This document shows, one piece after another, positions 9,929-20,314 of a stretch of 64,000 nt of DNA. Position 1 is the first letter of the stretch, and each line of letters starts with the position of its first letter. A program made the translations under genes and the position numbers. A model generated the notes under the pieces. That model saw nothing but the letters and a program-made list of their open reading frames with translations, was not told the origin of the DNA and made no database searches. The stretch comes from Nematocida ausubeli (taxonomy: Eukaryota), in assembly GCF_000738915.1 (NCBI RefSeq), contig NW_026515637.1, forward strand, positions 310,001 through 374,000, read 5' to 3'.

Positions 9929-10975
9929 TTAGCTCCAGAACTGTTCGTCTTTTAATGGCTCTAGCATGAGGGTTTGTCCCATCTGCACAGAGCCTTCTAT
10001 TTTGTAATCTGGAAAGCTCTTGGGCCACTCAAAAACCATCACAACTGTTGATCCTAAGTTGAAGTGGCCTATTTCCTCTCCCTTTTTATACAATTTTCTC
10101 CCAGAAAACTCCTTCTTGGTCTTGGAAAATGGCCCACTCACTCTATTTGTTTTTATATTTGCAATGGTTGTGCTGATACTTCCTACGCCCACACTTCCCA
10201 CTGCCACCATGCCGCAGTACCCATACTCATACTCGCCAGAAAATACAACTCTTTCATTTTTTGCCAGCAGCCCAGGAAAGTACTCCATTGACTTCTTGCC
10301 AATTGAAAAAAGGAGAGATGGAATGTGCATCACATCCCTAACAACAAACTCTGTGAAGCTGTGTATTCTATGGTAGTTATGCGGGGCCAAATATATTACA
10401 ATGTGCTTCAGCATACTATCCTTGCCTATCTTACTCCACACATCCTCATCTCCCAGAAGGTCCTCAATACGATAGTTCACTCCTTTAATTGGATACCGAA
10501 GACTTGCCCTTGCATCGTCGCAGCACACGACTGTCCCATCCACCGGAGAAACCAAGCCTTCCTCTATTTGTCTTGCAGAGGCCTTTAGCTTCCGCGTGAA
10601 TAGATCATTTACAGACGAATATTCTGAAAGGTTCTCTCTTTCTGCATCCTGCAAAGTAATCCCAAGGGTGCTGCAGAATACCTTTAAAACAGCTATGTTA
10701 ATAGGCCACGGCAGATATATTTGACACATCCAACCTTGTATTCTGCTATATGTTCTAAGCGGAAATGACCTCACCACTGCATACCTCACGGTTTTTTCTC
10801 CCACTATGAGTTTATCATATGCTATATTTAAACATATTGTAATAAACAATACATTAAACACTAAAATAAATGCCTTCTTCATAAATACTCTAGGGGACTT
10901 CATTCTATTACTATAATAGAATGGTGTATATAGATTATAGCGCGGTCCAATCATTCTGCTGAGATACTCCGTCAT
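9929..10975 (-). CDS. PSD1: Phosphatidylserine decarboxylase proenzyme
   Basis: FTRKLK, VSPVDG, IYLAPHNYHRIH, NERVV and autocleavage motif FNLGST; ATG at 10975 avoids overlap with GPD1. Confidence 0.93.
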   Translation of the reverse strand: MTEYLSRMIGPRYNLYTPFYYSNRMKSPRVFMKKAFILVFNVLFITICLNIAYDKLIVGEKTVRYAVVRSFPLRTYSRIQGWMCQIYLPWPINIAVLKVFCSTLGITLQDAERENLSEYSSVNDLFTRKLKASARQIEEGLVSPVDGTVVCCDDARASLRYPIKGVNYRIEDLLGDEDVWSKIGKDSMLKHIVIYLAPHNYHRIHSFTEFVVRDVMHIPSLLFSIGKKSMEYFPGLLAKNERVVFSGEYEYGYCGMVAVGSVGVGSISTTIANIKTNRVSGPFSKTKKEFSGRKLYKKGEEIGHFNLGSTVVMVFEWPKSFPDYKIEGSVQMGQTLMLEPLKDEQFWS

Positions 10976-11030
10976 CTTATAATGAAGTCTGCAAAATTTT
11001 AGATAAATTTCAATTTGTTTATTTTCGCCA

Positions 11031-12101
11031 ATGCTACAGGTTTCGGTCATAGGAGGAGGCAGCTGGGGAACAACCATTGCAAAAGTCATTCAGGATAATT
11101 TTAAAAATAGGTCTATTTCTGGAAAGACTTTCTTATGGGTCTATCCTGAGGTTGTAAATGGAGTGGATTTGTCTGAATCCATAAACAGCACACGAATTAA
11201 CTCAAAATATCTTCCTGAAATTGTATTGCCTGAGGGAGTGACAGCTACCTCTAAGATGTCTGATGCTGTAAAAGACGCAGATATTCTTGTCTTTGCAGTT
11301 CCGCACGAGTTTCTTGATGGGATCCTAGGGTCTATTATTTCAGATAAAGGTGCGGTAGTGAAAAAGGAGTGCATCGCTGTTACTCTGGCAAAAGGCTTGT
11401 TCTTTGAGGAGAAAAAGATGGAGCTAATTTCAGCCCGCATTAAAAGGATGCTGGGTGTGGAGGTCTGCACTTTGATGGGGGCCAACATTGCTGGCGATGT
11501 TGCAAATGGCCTTTTCAGCGAGTGCACACTGGGATATGAAAATGAAAGCATAAAGAAAACTGTTGTGGACGTTTTTAACTCAAAGCACTTCAGAGTGGCT
11601 GCAGTAAAGGACCACGGAGCTGTTGAGGTGTGCGGAGCTCTGAAGAATGTAGTGGCTGTTGGGTGTGGCATTGTAGCAGGGCAGCAGCAAGGTGTAAATA
11701 CTATTGCTGCAGTTATTAGAAATGGTCTCCTTGAGATGGTTAGATTCTGCAGGAAATTCGTCAAGAGCCCAGATAACTTGTCTGAAAATGATGAAACAAT
11801 TCCGCGGGTTTTCTTTGAGTCCTGCGGGGTGGCAGACCTTATTGTAACATGCTCTTCCGGAAGAAACTACAAATATTCTAAATTGGCATCTGAGAAAGGC
11901 ATTTCTATTGGACGAATTGAGAAGGAAGAGATGAATGGTCAAAAGCTCCAGGGATATTCCACAATAAAGGACCTTCTTGCCTTTATAAAAGGGAATGGTG
12001 TAGAAAAAGAGTTTCCTTTCTTTGTGGCCATCTGCAACTCTGCCACATCAGATTTATCTGCAGAGAGAATTGTAGATGCTATCCGAGAGTCATCACAATA
12101 A
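11031..12101 (+). CDS. GPD1: NAD-dependent glycerol-3-phosphate dehydrogenase
   Basis: IGGGSWGT, NSKYLP, LMGANIA, GALKNVVA, ESCGVADLIVTC, GQKLQG. Confidence 0.96.
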   Translation: MLQVSVIGGGSWGTTIAKVIQDNFKNRSISGKTFLWVYPEVVNGVDLSESINSTRINSKYLPEIVLPEGVTATSKMSDAVKDADILVFAVPHEFLDGILGSIISDKGAVVKKECIAVTLAKGLFFEEKKMELISARIKRMLGVEVCTLMGANIAGDVANGLFSECTLGYENESIKKTVVDVFNSKHFRVAAVKDHGAVEVCGALKNVVAVGCGIVAGQQQGVNTIAAVIRNGLLEMVRFCRKFVKSPDNLSENDETIPRVFFESCGVADLIVTCSSGRNYKYSKLASEKGISIGRIEKEEMNGQKLQGYSTIKDLLAFIKGNGVEKEFPFFVAICNSATSDLSAERIVDAIRESSQ

Positions 12102-12704
12102 ATGAATATGTCATAATCTCTTTTATTTGTCAGATTACCGGTAATTATGGTTTAGTCCGCATATTATAAAACCAATATTGTTGAATTTATTTTGTTTTCA
12201 TTCTTATTTAGAATATATTCTACTTGAAAACCCGTCACATTGCTAAAAGGGTTACTATTTGTAAATTTATAATACGAATAAGAAAAAGACAAAAAAGAAC
12301 AGTAGCCAATAGAAAGAGTAAAGAAAGAATTATTATATGGAAATAGTTGGAATAAATACAGAAAATAGAAATGGAATATTAATACAGTCTGAAATCGCTG
12401 TATAATAAGGCACACTAGAGATGATAACTCCATGTTATATTTATATTTAGGTTCGGGTATGACAGAGTAGTTGTATTTGGTTTACATCCTCATAGAATCA
12501 ACTGAATCTCATTGCATTTCTATAGAAATAGAAAACCTGCATTTCAGTGGTTTAATTAAGCCAGACCAATATAGACCAAAAAAATTAATAAATAGCCAAG
12601 TTTACTAGAGACATAACTCTGTTCAAGAAATAGTCTACTATTGGAAAGTTATGCAGCTCTAGCAAGTTAGCACATATTATTCATAAAACACTCATTAATT
12701 TTTA

Positions 12705-13484
12705 TTACAAAAGCATTGCTTCATCTGTTTCCCTTGTATATCCTGCAATTCCTTTTGAGCATAAGTAGAATATGCTCTTTATCACATCCTTTCTTTCCTT
12801 CTCTACCACGCTGCATAGGCCTTCAATACTCTCCTTTTTTTGTTCTAGCAAGAACAAAGTTATTCTGTAGTCCAAGTCATGCTCTGATGTTCGGTACCTT
12901 AGATATACATTTCGCAGCTCAATGCACTTCTGTACATATGCCATGAGCCTGCCTACACTCTGAACCTCGCATTCTCCTTGCACACACACCTGGCCGTACA
13001 CAAAATTCACTGCATCTACAGACATATTCACAAACGGAAGGAAATAGCTGTGCAGATCCACACCCCACTCACGGTTGCCTTCAAGGCATTTCCCACCGCT
13101 TACTCGCATCACACTTATACCAACTGCGCGCGCCACTTCTATTACCTCCCAGCACACTTGAGACCTGGCTAAATCTTCTTCCATATTGGCGGCAGCTTTT
13201 CTTAGGGCATCCCTTTCTTTCTCTTTTGAGGCTAGCTGTTCTTTTGCGAGTTCCCTTTCTTTCTCTTTTTCTTCTCTTTTTCTTTTGTTTTCAGTGCTGC
13301 ATGGCACTTGAAGACCCCTTTCTACACATATTGATGAACATGCATCGAGTAAATGCACAAGCACTCTGTCATTTAGGCTGTCTGCAGGAACACTTAGCCC
13401 GAATAGCTGGCATACTCGTATAAACCCTTCATCATCGTCTGCTTCCAATTCTCTCTTGGAATATACGTGCAAGTCTCCCTCCAT
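12705..13484 (-). CDS. Hypothetical protein with central coiled coil and possible C-terminal winged helix
   Basis: 259-aa ATG ORF with a K/E-rich coiled coil; no family recognised. Confidence 0.7.
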   Translation of the reverse strand: MEGDLHVYSKRELEADDDEGFIRVCQLFGLSVPADSLNDRVLVHLLDACSSICVERGLQVPCSTENKRKREEKEKERELAKEQLASKEKERDALRKAAANMEEDLARSQVCWEVIEVARAVGISVMRVSGGKCLEGNREWGVDLHSYFLPFVNMSVDAVNFVYGQVCVQGECEVQSVGRLMAYVQKCIELRNVYLRYRTSEHDLDYRITLFLLEQKKESIEGLCSVVEKERKDVIKSIFYLCSKGIAGYTRETDEAMLL

Positions 13485-14347
13485 TTACACCTTTAAATTT
13501 TTCCCTTCTTCACATTACAAATATCTCTGCCTCTGTTCATTTTATTATGGGTATGCACCATTCTTACATCTACACTTTCTATTTCCTAGGTGCTCAGGTG
13601 TGCTAATACTTTATACAGTACAGAGTCTGAGTGTACTATTTATAGGGCTTTCTGAAAACTAAAATACATATGGATCTGCTAGGCAATAGGCATATTTGGG
13701 CTTTGATAAAGCAGCCAACTTGAAGTAGTGCTTTCTATGCTAAGGCATGCAGGCTGTTGCACGTATGCTGAATTTTAGGCTTTTTCGCCTTAAGCACATG
13801 AGCTTGTTCTGGAAAATATAAACTTAAAGAGCTCTGTCTTAGTTATATACTGCATCAGCATATATTAGATGGTTAGCAGTTTCTGTATAGTGTGTTAATA
13901 AAAACAGAAATATCTTAGAAAGCACTTAATGAAAAGGGGCATTCCATTAAACTGAGTCTCTGCTTCAGTAAAGAATAAGGGTCTAGTGCATATTAGGTAG
14001 AGGGATGGATTCTGTTCTTCTTCACTCTATGGCATACAAGAAAACCCTTTATATTAATCAAACTGATAGCAAAGTACACTATGTAGGGTTTATTTCTATC
14101 TTTTATCAAAAATATGTTTGTCTCAAAAGAAACAGTTGTTAATTATGTGTATGCACAACGTAAGTCAGGTGACTTAATTACTTAGTAAGACTTTCAAAAT
14201 GGGCAACCAGCATACTGAGTATATGTGCAATCAGTCAACTAGCCTTCATTAAAATAAAGCTCGCAGTAATCCAATGCATTAGTTTTCTTCTCTGCACTGA
14301 GTAGTATTGGCGGCTTGATTATATATGTAATATTTTTCTGTGTTTTC

Positions 14348-15046
14348 ATGAAGGGTACAAAAGAAGAAGAGCACTATTCTGACTTTGAGATCAAACCGTA
14401 CTGGAGGGGCCGCATTCACAGAATGGCCTTTTACAGCACAATTTGCATATTCTTTCTCTTCATGATCTTTCTCCGCTTAAACAAAATCTATCTTACTATA
14501 TACTTCCTATCCCAGCTTCTTCTTTATGGGGTAAGCAGCACATATCATATGCACCCATGGACCAACCGGACAGCTGAAAGGCTCTTCCAGAAGCTAGACC
14601 ACTCCTCAATATTCCTTCTTATATCAGGCACGCAGACATGCATTGTAGCATCAATTTCAGCCCTATATCCAGACCTATTCAGCGACAATGAGTCTCTGTC
14701 ATATGCAACCTTGCTGTATATATCATATGCTATGGCTGTTTTAGGAATACTCAAGGTCTTCTTTTTCCATGCCCCACGGGCCTTTAATGTTATGTACTAT
14801 ATTCTGCATGGAATTTCCATTCCTATATTTATACCGTATAAGGCTGTGTCAGATATAGCTATAGCTGTGCTGTGCGCCACAGGAGGCATATTGTATATAT
14901 TAGGAGGCATAATATATGGAGTAAAAAGGCCTAACCCATGGCCCCTGATTTTTGGCTACCATGAGGTCTTTCATGCACTAACTGTTCTGGCGAATATGTC
15001 TTTCATGATGACTGTTGTATGGGCTGATTACAAGTTGCATGTGTGA
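14348..15046 (+). CDS. Hemolysin III / PAQR family membrane protein
   Basis: KPYWRGRIH, SSTYH, LDHSSIFLLISGT, GGILYILGGIIY, FGYHEVFH; ATG at 14348. Confidence 0.92.
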   Translation: MKGTKEEEHYSDFEIKPYWRGRIHRMAFYSTICIFFLFMIFLRLNKIYLTIYFLSQLLLYGVSSTYHMHPWTNRTAERLFQKLDHSSIFLLISGTQTCIVASISALYPDLFSDNESLSYATLLYISYAMAVLGILKVFFFHAPRAFNVMYYILHGISIPIFIPYKAVSDIAIAVLCATGGILYILGGIIYGVKRPNPWPLIFGYHEVFHALTVLANMSFMMTVVWADYKLHV

Positions 15047-16275
15047 TACAGAGAAATATTTAAAATAAGATAAGTCTTGTCAACAGTACGCTTGGTATGT
15101 ATAAGGTTTGTGGAGAGGGGATGGGAAAGAACATCAGAGAGCTGGAGGGCTGAAGAGAAGGAAAGAGTACGCGAGAGGAAGTCCAAAGAGAAGGATTTCT
15201 TGTCGGAAGAAATCGCAAGAGTAAAGATTGAATGCAGAGCTTTAATGATCTCTTTCTCTTTCTCCTTTTCCATTAGAATAAACTTTTCTCTTCTATCCGC
15301 CTCTCTTTTTTTAATGCGAGCAAGAATTGAATTTCCGTTGCTCACATCTTCCAAGGTGCTACTCTGGATTGGCAGCGCACTAGATGGCTTATTTATGTCA
15401 CTGTCTATGGTTTTGTCCGGACCCTCAGTTTTATTATCCTTACCACTGTCGGATTGGTCAGCATCTACAATATCCTGTGATATTTTAGCTTTTTTGTTCT
15501 TTGAGGGATATAGAGTTGGGTCACCATCCACTGCAGACAAATCGCTACCACAGGCCTGTGTGTCTAGTAAATCCCTGTTTTTACTATCCTTTATATCTAT
15601 ATATATAGTTAGTTCTTCACACAGCCTTTGGTCTATTTCTCTTTGAATTTCAGTCTCACTGAGTTTGTCTATATCAGAAATATTCTTGCTGATCCACTCC
15701 ATTGCCATCTTTTCATTTATATTCCCTTCATTGTATCTATAGATCTTTTTACTACGAGCCTCATGTAATAATTCGTTATTTTTCTCATTTTTTGTTCTAT
15801 CAAGCAAGTCACTATTCTTGTACACATCCACCTCCTTATTTGTCTCTTCTTCAGGTTTTTTTCTTTGTTTATTTTTTCCACTTTTGTCCTTGCCATCTGC
15901 GTGCTTCTCAGAAGATTCTTGCTTGCTGGCTCTATTGGTCGCAGTGCTCTTGCTCATTATAAGACATCTTGTGCCATGTATATAGCTGGGTGTGTATATA
16001 TACACTTGACCAAATATGCACTCTATTCTTCTATAATGTATTTCCTGCACTTTCATTTTAGTAATTTGCGATACAGTATCAATGATTCCTTCTAATGTGC
16101 TGGTTACTCTTTTTGCTTCATTAAAAGCAATCACTGAATCTGTCACAGACATAATGCGCAATAATATAGACATGCACTGAGGAAGAGCCAGACCAACCAG
16201 ATGCCTATATTTTAAATACCCAGGTATTTTTATGCTGTGTATGCTATGTTTCTTGTCTTGCTGCATATCCTGCAT
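15028..16275 (-). CDS. CDT1: DNA replication licensing factor Cdt1-like protein
   Basis: N-terminal Cdt1-like region, acidic linker, then SILARIKKRE resembling the Cdt1 C-terminal motif. Confidence 0.65.
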   Translation of the reverse strand: MQDMQQDKKHSIHSIKIPGYLKYRHLVGLALPQCMSILLRIMSVTDSVIAFNEAKRVTSTLEGIIDTVSQITKMKVQEIHYRRIECIFGQVYIYTPSYIHGTRCLIMSKSTATNRASKQESSEKHADGKDKSGKNKQRKKPEEETNKEVDVYKNSDLLDRTKNEKNNELLHEARSKKIYRYNEGNINEKMAMEWISKNISDIDKLSETEIQREIDQRLCEELTIYIDIKDSKNRDLLDTQACGSDLSAVDGDPTLYPSKNKKAKISQDIVDADQSDSGKDNKTEGPDKTIDSDINKPSSALPIQSSTLEDVSNGNSILARIKKREADRREKFILMEKEKEKEIIKALHSIFTLAISSDKKSFSLDFLSRTLSFSSALQLSDVLSHPLSTNLIHTKRTVDKTYLILNISLYHTCNL

Positions 16276-16289
16276 GACTAAATTTTTTC

Positions 16290-17489
16290 ATGAAAATATT
16301 CTCTGCCTTTGAAGAGCTCGGCCTTGCAGATGAAATTCTCAAAGGAGCATTTGCATACGGATTCAGTCAGCCGTCAAAGATACAGCAGGATGCAATAAAA
16401 ATAATTGCATCAGGTGCGAATATTATTCTGCAGTCGCGGAATGGCACTGGAAAAACAGCTGCCTTTATAATAGGAATGCTTCAGAAGATCATTAATCAGA
16501 GTAAGAATACATATCAGAGCAACTGCGGCAGCCATAATATTGGAGCACTCTGCGGAAAGGGTGTGGGTGAGGCAAAGCCAGGTCAGACACATTCCATTGA
16601 GGCGATTATTCTTTCCCCAACACGAGATCTAGCTCTGCAAACATTCGGTGTGTTCCAGGGGTTGGCGCAGTTTACAAGCATCAAGGGATATTGTGCTGTG
16701 GGGCAGGAGGGAAGTATCGCAGAGGATATCAAGGAAGTGCGCAAGTGCAATATTTTGTTTGGAACAGCAGGGCGTGTTCTGCATCTTATTCGAGAGCTAA
16801 AACAGGCCTTTTCCACTGTTCATGGAATTGTTGTAGATGAGGCAGACCGGATAGTGGAAAGTGGATTCTCTCTGCCGGTGCAAGGGATATGTGAGAGATT
16901 AAAAGCAGCCAAGCCGCAGTTTGTATTTGTGAGCGCAACACTCCCTGATGAAGTCCAGCCATTCTTCCAGGAATACGCGCCAGATGCGAAAGCTATTCTT
17001 GTGCCGCAGCAGGAGCTGGCTCTGGAAAGAATATCGCAGTATTATATTCCAGCAGGTAAGGATAGGTTTAATAGAATGTGTGATGTCTTTGGGGCTGTGT
17101 CTATCTCGCAGGCAGTTGTGTTTGCAAACAAGAAAGAAACAGTTGAGGAGGTCGGGCGTAATCTGCAGAGACATGAATTTCCAGCTGTAGTTGTGCATGG
17201 TGCGCTTCCTCAGGCTGAAAGAAATAAGAGACTGAGTGACTTCTTTAGCGGGAAAAGCAGGATACTTGTGAGCACAGATGTATGCGCAAGAGGAATAGAT
17301 GCAGTTCATGTGAACTTGGTTGTAAACTATGATGCACCGCATACAGCAGAGGAATATCTTCATAGAATTGGGCGAGGAGGAAGATTTGGTAAGACATCAA
17401 CAGCAATAACATTTGTGAATCCTGGAGAATCCACCCGAGCACAAGGACTATACAGCGCATTTGGAAGAACACTCAAAGAATGGAAATAA
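16290..17489 (+). CDS. DEAD-box RNA helicase, eIF4A/Fal1 family
   Basis: Q motif FEELGL..AYGFSQPSKIQ, GTGKT, PTRDLA, DEAD, SAT, ARGID, HRIGRGGRFG. Confidence 0.9.
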   Translation: MKIFSAFEELGLADEILKGAFAYGFSQPSKIQQDAIKIIASGANIILQSRNGTGKTAAFIIGMLQKIINQSKNTYQSNCGSHNIGALCGKGVGEAKPGQTHSIEAIILSPTRDLALQTFGVFQGLAQFTSIKGYCAVGQEGSIAEDIKEVRKCNILFGTAGRVLHLIRELKQAFSTVHGIVVDEADRIVESGFSLPVQGICERLKAAKPQFVFVSATLPDEVQPFFQEYAPDAKAILVPQQELALERISQYYIPAGKDRFNRMCDVFGAVSISQAVVFANKKETVEEVGRNLQRHEFPAVVVHGALPQAERNKRLSDFFSGKSRILVSTDVCARGIDAVHVNLVVNYDAPHTAEEYLHRIGRGGRFGKTSTAITFVNPGESTRAQGLYSAFGRTLKEWK

Positions 17490-18300
17490 TTAAGATATTC
17501 GGGCTCCTGCTGATTAACAGCACAGAGTAGTTAAAAGTCTCCCAAGCCTCTGGCAGCATGGTAGAAATAGAGAATTCACATAAAACAATAAATAGATTAT
17601 TAATAATACCATCAAAAGAAACACTTAACCAGTAGGGCTATAGTTTAGCCAATTATTTATCGGCAAGAGTATGTTAATTTTGGGTATTTTATTTTGGATT
17701 CATACTCATTACCTATATAAACCCAAGTATGCACAGTATAAAAATTCAGAAAGTCTTTTGTAAGAGAATTTTGGTGCATATGATAATTGCACCAGATAGA
17801 GGCTAAATGGCAATAATATATGCAAATATGTATCTACTCCTGTCTTATTAGCATTAGGCTACTTTTCTAAGAAAGCCATATTATTTTGCATCTTTATAAC
17901 TAGAGTTGTTTAAATAATTTTAATTCTAGCTAGCATGCTAAAATGCACATGTCCGTCTGCTTAACTGTTCTTAGAATAAAAGAGCTGCAACTAGCACTTT
18001 TATCTCCAATGGTCTGCACACTAAATAGTACTCCTAGGGGAAATAACTGAACCATTATATTTTTACTAATTGTTGGCACTGTACTTCTTTTAAGCATCTC
18101 TGCATTATAATATTCTAGTTGTAATACTTGGGATCTTGTGCTTCATCTGTTTTCACTCCATGACATTGCTTTCAGCTTGTTTATTCTGATACGTTTTAGC
18201 GTCCAAATACGCTACTTAAGGCCTATTCAAACGAAAAGCCATCAAACATACTGAAACTGTGTTACAAAAAGAACATAAAAGCACACACTTCCATATCCAT

Positions 18301-20286
18301 ATGCCTAACGATTTCGTGGGACTCTCCCTTGAAGAAGCCCTGAACAACTTTATATTTAAAAGCACTGTGAGAATTGCCTTGCTGAACCAGGAAATAAAGA
18401 GCCTTAGAAGGCTTACTACAGAGCGCACAGAGGCGTATAATGATCTGTGTGGTGCAGTTCTCAAGCATGCAGATGACACCCGTCAGATAGTTCAACACAT
18501 AGAAGCACTTTCCATTGCGCAGGAGGAAAAAACCTCTCTTCTTGAGTATTTAAAGGTAGCCACTCTGGAAAGTGCCTTTTACCATATGGGGCATGCTTTA
18601 ATTGAAATGAAAGGACTTCAGGCTGTTTCAAATATAAACACATGCTTTGTTAGAAGGACCAAAAAGTACTGGGTTGATTTAAATAACATTGAGACGCTGT
18701 GCGGGCTGATCATACCCCACCTACCTGTATACATCTTTGGAGATGATGGCAGCGGCAAGATCTCTTCCTATATTTCAAGCGTCTATTTTGACACAAACTC
18801 ATTCCACCTATATGATAGAAGAATCAAAAGAGACCAAGGCGCAAAGTCGCTCAGAATTAGAAGCTATGGAGAGTCGTCAATTATATCATACGTAGAGCTA
18901 AAGACCCATGAAGATGGCTGGACAGGAGAAAAAAGTACAAAGAAAAGGTTTCTTGTGCACACCAAACTTATCCCAAAGTTGGCAAAAGGCATAGATATAT
19001 GGGAAGAAATTAAAACCATAAATACCAGTCTAAATGATGAATCGTTAATCCTATATCAAGAAGTTCTTTCTTTGATTAGAGACCTTTCTTTAAAGCCTGT
19101 GGTGAAAACGGTTTACAGAAGAACTGCATTCCAATTCCCTGAGGATTCTTCAATCAGAATATCTCTGGACACAGACCTAGCTATGTGGAGTGGGGATGTA
19201 GGGAAGTACTTTCCATATGCCATTTTGGAAATAAAGCTGGAGGAAGGCAATGAAGAGGACTGGGTGCTTGCACTGATGAACAGCAGCCTAATCATGCCAG
19301 TCGATAAGTTTTCAAAATACCTTCATGGGTGCTCTGTGCACTACTCTAGTGTACCCTCCATTCCATATTGGTACAATCAGATCTCCATGTCCTTCAAGCA
19401 AGACTTTCAAATAACCCACGAGCCTACGCAAAATATAAAACTAGAGAAGATAAATAGCGAGATATCGAATTTACTACACTCCATAATAAACAGGTCTAAC
19501 CAGAGCAGCTATACTTCAGATGAGGGAAGAAATTACAGCAGTGAAAGCTCAAGTGGGTCAAATAGCACCACAGCTCTTCTTACTAATTGCTACCTAAACA
19601 GCAGCAGACAGCCCAATGAAGTTGCACAAAATAGCAGTACAAGTGCCTCTCATAATGAATATTTAAGAGAAGAAGCAGAGAGGCCACCCGGTGTTTCCTA
19701 TGAAGCAAGTGAGACAAATCAGTGCTCTGAAACTTCTCAAATGGGCTGCGAATGCAGTGGTCTTAATTGCGGTATGCGCTCTCAAAACACGCAACAGCCT
19801 CAAACACAAAACATGCAACAGATACATACAAAAAACACAAATGTAAACAGACAAACAATGAACACGGAAGAAACACCCGAAAGAGACTTTTTCCAACCAA
19901 GTGCCCTCAGAAGGCCTGGAGAGCCTGCTGTGCCATCTGTACCATCTTCTAAGCCTGTTACTGTTCCTGTAAGAGTTGAGCCAAAGGTCTTTTTTGCAAA
20001 CGAAAGAACTTTCCTATCTTGGTTGCATTTCGCCATCTTTATTGGTGGAATTGGAGCCGCATTAATGGGCTTGGGGGACACCCACGCAGCCCTCTCTGGT
20101 GTGTGCTTTATTATAGTTTCTGTTATCTTTTCCATCTATGCTTTGTACCTGTACATGTGGAGGGGTAATAAAATTAAAGAAAAGGACCCTGGCCCATACG
20201 ACGATAACCACGGGCCAATCATTCTTGTTGCTGTCTTCCTCTCTGCAATGGTTACTTCTGTCTTTTTTAAGTTTCCCTTGAAGTGA
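18301..20286 (+). CDS. VTC4: Vacuolar transporter chaperone / polyphosphate polymerase (VTC domain plus DUF202)
   Basis: FVRRTKKYWV, SSVYFD, YVELKTH, RTAFQ, RISLDTDL, KFSKY and VEPKVFFANERTFLSWL plus 3 TM segments; first ATG at 18301. Confidence 0.88.
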   Translation: MPNDFVGLSLEEALNNFIFKSTVRIALLNQEIKSLRRLTTERTEAYNDLCGAVLKHADDTRQIVQHIEALSIAQEEKTSLLEYLKVATLESAFYHMGHALIEMKGLQAVSNINTCFVRRTKKYWVDLNNIETLCGLIIPHLPVYIFGDDGSGKISSYISSVYFDTNSFHLYDRRIKRDQGAKSLRIRSYGESSIISYVELKTHEDGWTGEKSTKKRFLVHTKLIPKLAKGIDIWEEIKTINTSLNDESLILYQEVLSLIRDLSLKPVVKTVYRRTAFQFPEDSSIRISLDTDLAMWSGDVGKYFPYAILEIKLEEGNEEDWVLALMNSSLIMPVDKFSKYLHGCSVHYSSVPSIPYWYNQISMSFKQDFQITHEPTQNIKLEKINSEISNLLHSIINRSNQSSYTSDEGRNYSSESSSGSNSTTALLTNCYLNSSRQPNEVAQNSSTSASHNEYLREEAERPPGVSYEASETNQCSETSQMGCECSGLNCGMRSQNTQQPQTQNMQQIHTKNTNVNRQTMNTEETPERDFFQPSALRRPGEPAVPSVPSSKPVTVPVRVEPKVFFANERTFLSWLHFAIFIGGIGAALMGLGDTHAALSGVCFIIVSVIFSIYALYLYMWRGNKIKEKDPGPYDDNHGPIILVAVFLSAMVTSVFFKFPLK

Positions 20287-20314
20287 CTTAAATTATTTTT
20301 TTATATGCCCCAGC

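Noticed and set aside
12488..12530. CATAGAATCA...CATTTCTATAG resembling U3 snoRNA box A
   Set aside because: Spacing is wrong and boxes B/C/D were not found; explained by an AT-rich palindrome.
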